From a virus (Duplodnaviria; Caudoviricetes), in the IMG/VR virus record IMGVR_UViG_3300029183_000016, positions 1-37,071 of that record: a stretch of 37,071 bases of DNA; one strand, written 5' to 3'. A program made the position numbers and the translations under genes. Positions within the stretch are counted from its first letter, which is position 1, and every line of letters begins with the position of its first letter. A model generated the notes under the pieces. It saw only the letters and a list, made by a program, of their open reading frames with translations. It did not search any database and was not told the origin of the DNA. Below are positions 17,031-27,097 of the stretch, in pieces.

Positions 17031-19761
17031 TTTAGAGCTTAATGTAAACCCATCAGGAGCAGTTGAAGGTTCACTTAAAACTGAACAGGCTCTTGGCGGT
17101 GTCAAGAAAAAAGCCAGAGAAACTGAACAAGAACTTGATAATCTTGGAAATAGATCTAAGAGACATCTGAGTAAAACTGAACAGGCAGCATCAGCCGCTG
17201 GAAAAAAGATGAAAATTCTTGTCGCTGCTGCAGCGACAGCTGCCGTTGCGTTTGCTGGGAAATCAACAAGGGCATATGTTGATTATTCAAAAGGTCTTGC
17301 AGAAGTATCAACTTTGATTGAAGGCACCGAACAAGAAATGAATTTTCTTGACAAGAGTGCGAAAAATCTTGCATCAACATTTGGCGGGACAGCAACTCAA
17401 CAAATGAATGCTTTTTATCAGGCAATTTCAGCTGGTGCAGGAAATGTTGAACAGGCCAACAAATTACTTGAGACTGCAAATAAATTGGCAGTTGGCGGCG
17501 TTACGGATATAACAACTTCAGTTGATGCTCTTACAACTGCTACAAATGCGTATAAGTCATTTGGATTGACCGCTGCTCAAGCTTCAGATATTTTGTTCAC
17601 AGGTGTAAAAAAAGGCAAAACAACCGTTGCAGAATTAGGATCAGCCCTTGGCCAAATTGTCCCAACATCTGCATCTGTTGGGATTGAATTCAGTGAAGTT
17701 GTTTCAGCAATTGCTGCTCTTACAACTTCTGGTCAATCAACAGCTCAAGCTGTAACAGGAACACGTCAAGCAATGGTCAGTGTTTTGAAACCGACCTCAG
17801 AGGCTCAAAAATTGGCCAAGGCCCTTGGATTAGAATTCACAACATCTGCTTTGAAAGCAAAAGGCTTTGCAGGATTTTTGAAAGACGTCAAGGAAAAAAC
17901 TGGCGGTTCTCAAGATGCAATGGCAAAACTTTTTGGATCAGTTGAAGCTTTGAATGCTGTACTTGCACTTAGTGGTGATGCTGGTAAAGTCATGGCTGAA
18001 ACAATGAAAGAAATGCAGACTGCTTCTGGAGCAACAGAAGAAGCATTTGGAAAAGTTTCTAAAAGCCTTTCACAACGCCTATCAGTTCAATTGGGAATTC
18101 TAGGATCAAAAGCATTAGAGCTTGGCGAAGTTATTTTATCAGCCCTTGTCCCAGCATTGGAATTCCTTACAGGAAGGACGAATGAATTTGCAAATGCGAT
18201 GATTGGTGTCGGTGCTGTTGTTACGGTATTTTTCCCTTTGATTGGTGCAGTAACACTTCTTGGTGGGCTGATCCTGAAAGTCGGTGCAAACTGGGATTAT
18301 TTTAAAGCATCTGGAACTGTTGCACTTCAAACAATTTCAGATTTTACAGGATTGTCAGTTCAAGATATGAAAAAGAGTTGGGAAACTCTCAAGAGCGTTT
18401 TTGGGACTTTGTGGGAAACATTTATTTCTCAAACAAAAGGTGCTATAAATCTTGCAATAGGATTGGCAAATTCAGCCTTTGTTGTTTTTACAGAGCTTTT
18501 CCCTCAATTGCCAATTGTCGTTGGGTCGGCAATAGTCGGCGCAACGAATTCCGTAATTGGAGCAATTGAATCAATGGTGAATAAAGCTGTAAAAGGCATA
18601 AATTCATTGAGCTCTTCGATAAATTCAATCATAAGTTTTCTTGGGGCTGATAAAGCTGCTCAGTTTTTTGGATTTAGCGGTCAACTTCCTCAAATTGGAA
18701 ATGTTGCATTAGGAAGATTCCAAAATGATTTTGAAGGGACTTTGAAAAAGACAAGTGATATAATCAAAAAGGCTGGTTCAAAAGTCGGACAAGATTATGT
18801 TGGCAGCTTTATAGGGAACTTCAAAGCAAAAGTTGTCAATGAACTTGCAAAATCTGGATTGATAGGAAAAGGTGCAATAGTTCCTGGATCAACATCACCT
18901 CAAAGCGATGCAACAAGTCAGATTGTTCCTATAAAGCCAACACTTGACCCCTCAGATTTTGGAGGAGGATCAGGCGGAGGTTCTGGCGGTGGAGCAGCAA
19001 AAAGTGCAAAAAATGGAATTGATAAACTTGCAAGTGCATATGATGCTTTGAAACGATCAATTGACCCTGCTTATGCAGCTTCACAAGATTTTGCAAAATC
19101 TCAAGATGTAGTTGAACAGGCTCTCGCAAATGGATTGATAACAAAAAGTGAAGCTGCAAATGCACTTAAAATCTTGAAAAAGGATTATGACGAACTTTTG
19201 ATGAAGCAAGTAAAAGGTGCTGACAAAGCTTCTAGCTTTTTTACAAGAATAGTTACAGGTGCAAAATCTGCAACACAAGCTGTTGCAGATTTAGGAAACA
19301 GAATGGCTGAAAAATTATTAAATCAAGGTTTTGAAATGATACTTGGCTCTTTGTTTGGAGGTGGAGGATTTGGCAGCACATTGCTTGATTTTATATTCAA
19401 TGCAAAAGGGAATGCATTTTCGAGCGGTAGTGTTATGGCTTTTGCTTCTGGCGGAGTCGTTGACAGGGCAACACCTTTTGGGATGTCAAATGGACGTATG
19501 GGAGTTATGGGTGAAAAAGGTCCAGAAGCTATTCTCCCTTTGTCTCGTGGTTCTGATGGAAAATTAGGAGTAAAAGCAAAACAACAACATGGTCAATCAA
19601 TCAATAAAGTTGAATTCAATTATGTGATTGATGCTCGTGGAACAAATAATGAAGCTGTTCAAAATTTAGAAATGCAATTGAACAAGCACAAGGCAGAAAC
19701 TCCGTCTCTTGTGATCAAAACGATAAGAGCCAGTGAAAAGCAAAGGATAACTAAGAAATGA
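17023..19761 (+). CDS. Tail tape measure protein (TP901-type core)
   Basis: 912 aa, Ala-rich; GKTTV.EL and LFGSVEA core; C-terminal FASGGVV....MGEKGPEAILPL.RG.DGKLGV motif. Confidence 0.92.
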   Translation: MADLELNVNPSGAVEGSLKTEQALGGVKKKARETEQELDNLGNRSKRHLSKTEQAASAAGKKMKILVAAAATAAVAFAGKSTRAYVDYSKGLAEVSTLIEGTEQEMNFLDKSAKNLASTFGGTATQQMNAFYQAISAGAGNVEQANKLLETANKLAVGGVTDITTSVDALTTATNAYKSFGLTAAQASDILFTGVKKGKTTVAELGSALGQIVPTSASVGIEFSEVVSAIAALTTSGQSTAQAVTGTRQAMVSVLKPTSEAQKLAKALGLEFTTSALKAKGFAGFLKDVKEKTGGSQDAMAKLFGSVEALNAVLALSGDAGKVMAETMKEMQTASGATEEAFGKVSKSLSQRLSVQLGILGSKALELGEVILSALVPALEFLTGRTNEFANAMIGVGAVVTVFFPLIGAVTLLGGLILKVGANWDYFKASGTVALQTISDFTGLSVQDMKKSWETLKSVFGTLWETFISQTKGAINLAIGLANSAFVVFTELFPQLPIVVGSAIVGATNSVIGAIESMVNKAVKGINSLSSSINSIISFLGADKAAQFFGFSGQLPQIGNVALGRFQNDFEGTLKKTSDIIKKAGSKVGQDYVGSFIGNFKAKVVNELAKSGLIGKGAIVPGSTSPQSDATSQIVPIKPTLDPSDFGGGSGGGSGGGAAKSAKNGIDKLASAYDALKRSIDPAYAASQDFAKSQDVVEQALANGLITKSEAANALKILKKDYDELLMKQVKGADKASSFFTRIVTGAKSATQAVADLGNRMAEKLLNQGFEMILGSLFGGGGFGSTLLDFIFNAKGNAFSSGSVMAFASGGVVDRATPFGMSNGRMGVMGEKGPEAILPLSRGSDGKLGVKAKQQHGQSINKVEFNYVIDARGTNNEAVQNLEMQLNKHKAETPSLVIKTIRASEKQRITKK

Positions 19762-20387
19762 CTTTCATAATCCAAAAAAGCTTTCTTGAAGGTCTTGATA
19801 TTTCATCAGGAGGGCTTTTTCAAAAATTCCGTCAGGAATATTCACGTGATCAAAATGGTCAAGTCTACGCTAAAGATTTGGGAGATCCAATTTGGACTGC
19901 TAAATATACAACTACAAAAATGCTTTTGGGTGAAGCCATTGATCTTGAAGCAAAGCTTTTAGGATTGAACGGTTCTTTAGGTGTGATTCGACTTTTTGAT
20001 GTTCGCAGACCAAAGCCTAAGAATTCTACAAGTTCATCAGATTTCACAACTGTAAATATCCAGACTATAAATGCAAATCGAAAATCTTTCGTTATCGACC
20101 CTGCAAGCACTTTTACTGATTTATCAGTCGGTGATTTCATTCAAATCAATCAAAGTTCAATTCGGTTTTTGTACAAAATAATCGGAGATGACAGTGGAGA
20201 GTTTCAAGTCTGGCCAAATTTTGATGACAGCATTTCAGATGGAAAAGCCATAACTTTAGAACAACCATCTGCAAATTTTAAACTAGATCCAGAAACCTTG
20301 GACACTCCTATTGTTGGACTTGATGATGGAACAAAGCAAGCGGTTCTTACTTTTTCAGCCATTCAAACATTGGAGATTGTTACATGA
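19758..20387 (+). CDS. Distal tail protein (Dit-like)
   Basis: First gene after the tape measure; D...P.W.A, L.G and D.RRP.P pattern. Confidence 0.65.
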   Translation: MTFIIQKSFLEGLDISSGGLFQKFRQEYSRDQNGQVYAKDLGDPIWTAKYTTTKMLLGEAIDLEAKLLGLNGSLGVIRLFDVRRPKPKNSTSSSDFTTVNIQTINANRKSFVIDPASTFTDLSVGDFIQINQSSIRFLYKIIGDDSGEFQVWPNFDDSISDGKAITLEQPSANFKLDPETLDTPIVGLDDGTKQAVLTFSAIQTLEIVT

Positions 20388-20998
20388 TAACAGTAAGTTC
20401 AGAACTTCAAGCAGGTTTAGAAGATAACGCACTTGTTCCTCGTGATTTCATAACATTTACAGTAAAGGATAGATCAGACAATTCTGCTGTTGTTGAAAAT
20501 TATTGGTCTGGCTCAACTGAAAGAACCGTTGATATAATAAATCCATTCAATGGTTTTACTGAATCAAGGACATTTCAAGCAGCAGGTGGCCTGATCGGAA
20601 TTGGCCCAATTCCACGTGTCGGGAATTTGACTGTCGGGACTGTAACTGTTCAACTTTCACAAATTTCTGATGACATTGACCGTTTGATCCGTCAATATGA
20701 ACCAAAATATGGTCAAGTAGAAATGTATCGTGGATGGTTGAATCCTGAAACAAAATTGGTAATTGGAGAAGCTCGTTGTAGGTTCGTTGGTTTCATTGAT
20801 GATGTCGAGATAATAACACCAGAAGAAGGTGGAGAAGGTGTTGTTGAAGTTACATGCAAAACACTGACCCAAGAATTGACAAGAGCAAGTGCTGCGACAA
20901 GATCAGATGCTTATCAAAAATTAAGATCACCAACAGATACTTTCAGAAAGTATTCAGCGACAATAGGAAATAGGGAATTCAGATGGGGTCAGAGATAA
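20384..20998 (+). CDS. Tail tip/hub protein (DUF2163/GTA g13-like)
   Basis: RFVGFID, RSDA.Q..R...D.F..Y and WG C-terminus; gene order. Confidence 0.65.
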   Translation: MITVSSELQAGLEDNALVPRDFITFTVKDRSDNSAVVENYWSGSTERTVDIINPFNGFTESRTFQAAGGLIGIGPIPRVGNLTVGTVTVQLSQISDDIDRLIRQYEPKYGQVEMYRGWLNPETKLVIGEARCRFVGFIDDVEIITPEEGGEGVVEVTCKTLTQELTRASAATRSDAYQKLRSPTDTFRKYSATIGNREFRWGQR

Positions 20999-21420
20999 CA
21001 AACGCAACTCACAATGATTTAATTTCTATTGTCGGTCTTGCAAAGCAGTTTTGGAAGGAATCAGAAAATGATCTTCCTTTCAATCCTGTTCATTTTTCAG
21101 TTTTTGTGTCTGATGCGATCCTCAAAGAAAATCATTTTGTGAAGGTCTTCAAAAAAGACAATATCGTCGTTGGGGTGATAATTGGAATGATCGAAGATTG
21201 GATTGGTGCTCCAGTTTTGAAAGCTCAAGAAGTGATTTGGTATGTCAATAAAAAGCACAGAGGAAGCCCATCAAGTATAAAGCTTTTAAAGTCATATCTT
21301 GATTGGGCAAAAGGCAAAAATGCAGCTCTTATTTTTTGTGGAGCTTATAAGGGTCGAGCTAGGCCAATATATGAAAAACTTGGTCTAGTTATGGCCGATG
21401 AAGTTTGGGTTATGAAGTAA
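20983..21420 (+). CDS. GNAT-family N-acetyltransferase
   Basis: A..E..WYV...HRG...KLL..Y..WAK..A.....IYEKLG motif set. Confidence 0.75.
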   Translation: MGSEITNATHNDLISIVGLAKQFWKESENDLPFNPVHFSVFVSDAILKENHFVKVFKKDNIVVGVIIGMIEDWIGAPVLKAQEVIWYVNKKHRGSPSSIKLLKSYLDWAKGKNAALIFCGAYKGRARPIYEKLGLVMADEVWVMK

Positions 21421-24400
21421 TGGCAATTTTCACAGCATTATCGTCTGCATTTACTGGCCTAGGAGCTTGGTTTGCTGGCCTTGGGGTATTTGGTAAGGCT
21501 TTTTTGAAGATAGGGCTAGGGCTTATCATAAACAAAGCTGCAGCTTCTCTGGCTGGAAAACCAAAACAAACGCCATTTGGTGTCGTCGGAAAGATACAAA
21601 GAGGTGCAGACATCCCTCAATCATTCATTCTCGGCAAATATGCAACAGCTGGTTCATTTGAATGGGGAGAGGAATTTGGAAGTGCTGGTGGAACACCAAA
21701 TGCATATTTTGTTCAGGTCATTGAACTTTCAAATCTTCCTGTTAATGGGCTAGATGGTGTTTGGATTGATGGCGAAAGACAAACAATAATCTCTGGTGAA
21801 GATCATTCAGATTTTGGGTCTCCAATTTTAGAAAAACGGGTTGGAAGCACAGATTATGCTTGGGTGAAATTTTATGACGGGAACCAAACAACTGCTGATC
21901 CTTGGCTGAGTACAGCATTTACAACTGGTGATTGGGCTTTGGACAGCAATTTTATTGGCCTTGGAAATGCTTATGCGATTGTTGTGACTCGTTTCAATCA
22001 AGATTTGTTTAATGGTTATGCAAATTGGCTTTTTGAGATTGATGGGGTTCCATTGCTTGACCCAACAACAAGTTCTGTTGGCGGTGATGGGGATTATGAC
22101 CCAACCGTTCAAGTCTATAATTTATTGAAAGGCTTTGAATATAACGGTGATTGGTTTTATGGTGGGCAAAAGATTCAACTTTCTCAATTGCCGACATCAC
22201 ACTTTGCTTTTCAACAAGCAAAAACTCAGCCAGATTTCCAAAGTGGACTTGAAGTTGCCGTCAATGCAGAAATTGCATCAACGATTGAGGAAATTTTAGC
22301 AGCAGCAGGAGGGCGAATTTCTGAAACTGGTGGTGTTTATAAGACATTAATGGTTTCTCCAGATGCACCAGTTATGAGTTTTACAGATGATGATATCATA
22401 ACAACTGAAGAGCAGTCTTTCACTCCGTTTTATGGACTTGCTGATGCTATCAATGGAATTTCGGCTGTTTATCCTTCTCCATCTCAAGGATGGGCAACTG
22501 AAACGGCACCACCTTTATTTGACTCTGATTTTGAAGAAGAGGATGATGGCCGAAGACTTTTGGCAGATGTTCAATTTCCTGCCGTGACGGATGATGAACA
22601 GGTTCAACGGCTCATGGCAATAGCTTTGAAAGAGGCTCGACGAGCAAGACGTCATACAATAACCTTTCCACCAAGATTTTGGGTTATTGATTCAGGTGAC
22701 ACAATTTCTTGGAGCTCTGACAGGAACGGATACACAAACAAAGAGTTCCGTGTTGATGGGGTTCTTGATTTGGTTAATGGGGATGTTCTTCTTGATATAA
22801 CTGAAATTGATAGTACAGATTATAGCTGGAACAGAGCAACTGATTATACACCAATAGACCCTTCTCCAGTTGTTTGGCCTGACCCACCAATTCAAGCTGT
22901 CGGAAACTTTGGAGCAACACAATCTGTTTTAACAACTGATGGCGGGAGCAATCGTATTTCAGCAATTGCCGTTAGCTGGGACAATTCTGTTCTTGATGAT
23001 CTTTTCGCAATTCGAATTCAAGTTCAAAGGACTTCTGATGATTCAGTTGTTTTTGATAAACAAATACTAGAAGTTTCAGAAGGAATATATCCAGTTTCTG
23101 AAAATATTGTCGGTGGAACAGAATACAGAGTTCGGGCGAAATTTGTTCCATACACAAATCGTCAAACATCATGGACAGGCTACATAACCCTAACAACAAC
23201 TGATGTAAGACTAGGTTTGGACGGACTTGATTCTTCTATATCCGACACTATTGATTCAATGGCTTCTGATATAATTGAAAATGCACTTTCTGCATCTATC
23301 GCTCTTTCATTAACTGGTGATCCAAAATTCATAAACACTGACAAGAAACAGTGGGCAGTAAATTCTGATTTAACAACATTGCTCCCTGACAGTTCAACCT
23401 ATGATCCACGGGTGACAATTGTCTCATCAACAGACCCAGAAGCTGGTGGCAATGATATTGTGTGCAATGGACAAGTCGATCTTTATCACACAACACCTGT
23501 TCAAATTGATACTTCAAGAAAATACAAAATGAGAATTCGGGTTAAACGAGAAGCTGTTGTTTCTTCAGGAGATGATGATGCTCGTTTGAGAGTTGGTTTT
23601 AGGAGTTATGACAATGCTGATGTTAGACTGACAAATGGGACATGGTGTGTTGCGAATAATCTGACATTGACTGAATTTCCTGTTTCATCAAATTTTGTAG
23701 AGTTTGTGAGTGACATAATAACTGGAGAGGCAAGCTCAGGAACAAATTCATTTAGAGTCGGGACAACTGCAATTCGTCCAGCATTTCAACTGAATCGAAA
23801 TAATGGTGTAACTGGCGACATAATGAGATTGTCAGAATGGTTTTTTGAAGATGTAACTGATGTTGAAGCTACATCATCATCAGCAGCAGATGCAGATCAA
23901 AGCCGTATAGATGCTGAAACTGCATCATCAGCAGCCTCAGTTTCAGAAAGCAACGCAGCAGCATCAGCAACAAGTGCCGCTGGAGACGCTGCTGCTGCAC
24001 AAGCTTCAAAAGAAGTCGCAATAAAAATGTATTCAGAAGGTGCACACCCAAATCCTATTTTTGAAAATTGGGACAGTGCAGAGCCAGATAATTATCAATT
24101 AGTTGATGGAATTGGAACCAGCGTTTCATCGAAAAATACAAATGATTCAAAGTACAATACGAACTGTGTCGAGATGACAGCCGACATAACTGAAGAAAAT
24201 AATAAGCCGTATCTGTACACTCGGACTTATCATGAGATAACAAACATTGTTCAAAATCCAAAGGCTGTGCGCATTGTTATTGAACTTGAGCTAATTTCAG
24301 GAACATGGGGAAATTGTCATATTCGGCACAGATGGCTCGCTTCATCAGGTGGAACAAACAGTTCAAGAATTAAGCATTACATTTCAGATTTTGTTGACAA

Positions 24401-25412
24401 TTCAGAAACTGGAATAATCCATAGAATTGAAATGTATGCTGAACGTCCTGATGATTTTGTTGCAGGTTCTGGTCCTGATGATTTTTACAGAACTTATCTA
24501 TATTCAAATGACAATGAAAACCAATCGATTGGTGGTTTAACGAAATCTAATAAAACATATCGTGTTCACAGTTATCAAATCCAAGCTGTACTTGGTGAAT
24601 CACAAGCGACCATAACACAAACTGCTTTAGGAACTGTTGAAGGACATTTATCATCTGCAGTTACTTTGCGTGCAGAAGCTGGAAGCGGTGGTGCGACTCT
24701 TGAACTTGTTGCTGCAGATGATACAGAAAATGGTTCAGCATCAACTGCAAGAATTCACGCAGACAATATAATTCTTGATGGAACAATTCAATCAGCCAAG
24801 ATTGCAAATGCAGCAATTTCAGAAGCCAAAATTGAAGATGCTGCGATAACAAATGCAAAAATTGCAGACATAATAGAAAGTGACAATTTTGTTGCAGGAT
24901 CAGCAGGTTGGCAAATTGATTTTTCAGGAGACGCTGAATTCAATTCTTTAGTTGTTCGTGAAGGAAACCTTGAAAGTGGTGCAGCAACAGATTTACATGT
25001 TGACACTGACACAAGAACAATAGGGTTTACTCGTTACAGTGATCAAAGCCCATCTTGGACTCAACTTGTTACTGAGACTGTTAATATTCAATCTGGGCAA
25101 AAAGCGATCATGACTGTAACAGTCGCATTGAAAGAAGTAACTGGTGGATTGCCAGCGTATACTGTTCGTGTTACAAGTCCAGATTTAACTCATGAACAAA
25201 CTCTGGTTTTCCAGCAATTTGAAGGAAACTACAAAGCCTTGTTCCAATTCACGATACCTTATGACGGAACAACAGGAAATAAAACTTTCACGCTTGATAT
25301 TGATGCATCAACAGGTTTCAATTTAATAGGTGGAATAAGACACCCTCATTCAGAAGGAACCGCTGAAATAAAAAGTTTCCTTGGGGTTACAGTTCATAAG
25401 GCAGCAGGGTAA
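21420..25412 (+). CDS. Tail tip / host-specificity protein (central fibre, gpJ/GTA g15-like)
   Basis: About 1330 aa: N-terminal tail-tip domain, FN3-like region, two CBM-like segments separated by an Ala/Ser-rich coil, I..A.I..AKI repeats and SDNFVAGSAGW.I...G.AEFN motif. Confidence 0.85.
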   Translation: MAIFTALSSAFTGLGAWFAGLGVFGKAFLKIGLGLIINKAAASLAGKPKQTPFGVVGKIQRGADIPQSFILGKYATAGSFEWGEEFGSAGGTPNAYFVQVIELSNLPVNGLDGVWIDGERQTIISGEDHSDFGSPILEKRVGSTDYAWVKFYDGNQTTADPWLSTAFTTGDWALDSNFIGLGNAYAIVVTRFNQDLFNGYANWLFEIDGVPLLDPTTSSVGGDGDYDPTVQVYNLLKGFEYNGDWFYGGQKIQLSQLPTSHFAFQQAKTQPDFQSGLEVAVNAEIASTIEEILAAAGGRISETGGVYKTLMVSPDAPVMSFTDDDIITTEEQSFTPFYGLADAINGISAVYPSPSQGWATETAPPLFDSDFEEEDDGRRLLADVQFPAVTDDEQVQRLMAIALKEARRARRHTITFPPRFWVIDSGDTISWSSDRNGYTNKEFRVDGVLDLVNGDVLLDITEIDSTDYSWNRATDYTPIDPSPVVWPDPPIQAVGNFGATQSVLTTDGGSNRISAIAVSWDNSVLDDLFAIRIQVQRTSDDSVVFDKQILEVSEGIYPVSENIVGGTEYRVRAKFVPYTNRQTSWTGYITLTTTDVRLGLDGLDSSISDTIDSMASDIIENALSASIALSLTGDPKFINTDKKQWAVNSDLTTLLPDSSTYDPRVTIVSSTDPEAGGNDIVCNGQVDLYHTTPVQIDTSRKYKMRIRVKREAVVSSGDDDARLRVGFRSYDNADVRLTNGTWCVANNLTLTEFPVSSNFVEFVSDIITGEASSGTNSFRVGTTAIRPAFQLNRNNGVTGDIMRLSEWFFEDVTDVEATSSSAADADQSRIDAETASSAASVSESNAAASATSAAGDAAAAQASKEVAIKMYSEGAHPNPIFENWDSAEPDNYQLVDGIGTSVSSKNTNDSKYNTNCVEMTADITEENNKPYLYTRTYHEITNIVQNPKAVRIVIELELISGTWGNCHIRHRWLASSGGTNSSRIKHYISDFVDNSETGIIHRIEMYAERPDDFVAGSGPDDFYRTYLYSNDNENQSIGGLTKSNKTYRVHSYQIQAVLGESQATITQTALGTVEGHLSSAVTLRAEAGSGGATLELVAADDTENGSASTARIHADNIILDGTIQSAKIANAAISEAKIEDAAITNAKIADIIESDNFVAGSAGWQIDFSGDAEFNSLVVREGNLESGAATDLHVDTDTRTIGFTRYSDQSPSWTQLVTETVNIQSGQKAIMTVTVALKEVTGGLPAYTVRVTSPDLTHEQTLVFQQFEGNYKALFQFTIPYDGTTGNKTFTLDIDASTGFNLIGGIRHPHSEGTAEIKSFLGVTVHKAAG

Positions 25413-25471
25413 ATGAAAAACGAAATAAATTGCCGTATCATAGGCGATCTGAAAATAGATAGGAAAGCGAA

Positions 25472-25780
25472 ATGCAATTTTTTTCAGAAATGGTGATTTT
25501 AGGAGAGAGCATAAAGTTCTGGACAGCAGTTGCTTTTGCTTCGTTTGTCAAATTCCTTTTTTCATCGGACAGAGGTTTAAAAGTCTCTATAGCAGGAATA
25601 ATATCAGGAATGCTTTGTGCTTACTATGGTTATCAATTCGTGCTGAAAAAATCATCGTTCTTTGACCTAGATGATAAATTTTTGGTCGTAATACTTTTGA
25701 CTTTAACAGGTGAGCATATTGTAAGGTGGATAATTGAAATTTCACCAGAAAAATTGATCAATCTTTGGAGGAAAAAATGA
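25472..25780 (+). CDS. Membrane protein, putative holin
   Basis: 102 aa with 2-3 hydrophobic segments and a basic C-terminus; start of the lysis region. Confidence 0.55.
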   Translation: MQFFSEMVILGESIKFWTAVAFASFVKFLFSSDRGLKVSIAGIISGMLCAYYGYQFVLKKSSFFDLDDKFLVVILLTLTGEHIVRWIIEISPEKLINLWRKK

Positions 25781-26280
25781 AAATAGTTTTTCTCAACAAA
25801 AGAGGAAGAATAAGATACGGAATTGTCCTTATTCTTGTCTGGATTTGGGCAATCGGAATTGGAGAAATTGAAGGTTATTTTTTTCCAACTGCTGATCCGA
25901 TGGTTTTGACAAAGCAAGAATCAGGTGATAATATTTTGCGCCGAAAGGCGGATGGAACTGTTGAAATAATCAGAACCAGTTTATTTTGGGGGACTTCTGT
26001 AAAACACAGAGCTGGTCAAAAATATCCTTTTTTTCATTCATATTGCTTGCCTAAGCGTCCTGAATTCTTTTTGGGCTTGAGAAGAAATGGAGGAATACCG
26101 ATACGTATTGAATGGGGACCTCCAAAATATCGTCATGATGGGGAATTTGAATTTGGTCCTTGGTCGATTGACGCAACTGAAAGAGTTTTTTTGGATTATG
26201 TATTTGGAGACATAGTTCATCAATGCTACACCTTTGGAATTCCACACCCTTGGGAAACAAGAATACACTTTTGGAATTAA
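25777..26280 (+). CDS. Single-TM membrane-anchored protein in the lysis cassette
   Basis: GGAGG RBS; basic N-terminus, one TM segment, soluble domain with 2 Cys. Confidence 0.6.
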   Translation: MKIVFLNKRGRIRYGIVLILVWIWAIGIGEIEGYFFPTADPMVLTKQESGDNILRRKADGTVEIIRTSLFWGTSVKHRAGQKYPFFHSYCLPKRPEFFLGLRRNGGIPIRIEWGPPKYRHDGEFEFGPWSIDATERVFLDYVFGDIVHQCYTFGIPHPWETRIHFWN

Positions 26281-26302
26281 CAGAAACAGAAAGGAACACG
26301 TT

Positions 26303-27088
26303 ATGAAAATTACAGACATTCAAATGTTAGCATTGTCATTTGGCCATGAGATTGGCCCTGTTGATGGCATCGCAGGACCAAGAACTCTTGGCCTTGGTAA
26401 AATTCTTGGGGTAAATCAAAGTTGGTCGAAAAAACGTCAATTGATTGCAATTGGCCAAATGTTGCTAAATGCAGAAGGTTATGAAGCTGGTAAAGTCGAT
26501 GGATACGTTGGTCACAATACAAGTAATGCTTTTAGCCAATGGGCATACGAGCATGTAACAGGCAAGCCTGAAAAGATATCAAAAAAGCCGATTGATTTTT
26601 CAACAAATTTGAACCTTCCAACTCAGGCTCAAGTCCCTTCATTTTATGGCAGTCCTGGATCACAAATCAAGAGCCGTTTGCAAACTATCACTTTACCATT
26701 TGATCTTCGAATTGATTGGAATTTGAATCAAAGAGTGAACCGTGTCACCCTTCATGAAAAATGCGCGCCAAGTTTTCGGTCTGCGATCATTGATGTTCGA
26801 GATCATTATGGTGGTGTTAAAATGAAAGCCCTCGGCATTGACAGATATGCTGGTGGTTACAATCATCGCAAGATGCGCGGTGGAAATAAATGGTCAATGC
26901 ATGCTTATGCTTGTGCTGTTGATTTTTATGCAAAACCTAATGGTCTAAGAACAAAAGCACCCCAAGCTTTATTCAGTAAACCTGATTATAAAGATTTCCT
27001 TGATATAATGGAAAGCTACGGTTGGCTTAACGGTGGTCGACTTTGGGGTGCTGATTATATGCACTTTCAACAAGCAACATTGAGATAG
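26303..27088 (+). CDS. Endolysin: peptidoglycan-binding domain(s) plus M15-family metallopeptidase
   Basis: DGIAGPRT and DGYVGHNT PG-binding repeats; R.MRGG..WSMHAYA.AVD and D.MHFQ zinc-peptidase motifs. Confidence 0.88.
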   Translation: MKITDIQMLALSFGHEIGPVDGIAGPRTLGLGKILGVNQSWSKKRQLIAIGQMLLNAEGYEAGKVDGYVGHNTSNAFSQWAYEHVTGKPEKISKKPIDFSTNLNLPTQAQVPSFYGSPGSQIKSRLQTITLPFDLRIDWNLNQRVNRVTLHEKCAPSFRSAIIDVRDHYGGVKMKALGIDRYAGGYNHRKMRGGNKWSMHAYACAVDFYAKPNGLRTKAPQALFSKPDYKDFLDIMESYGWLNGGRLWGADYMHFQQATLR

Positions 27089-27097
27089 GAGGATGGC

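Noticed and set aside
18961-18996. GGN repeats in the tape measure gene (and at 11647-11690 in the scaffold gene)
   Set aside because: They encode ordinary Gly/Ser linkers.
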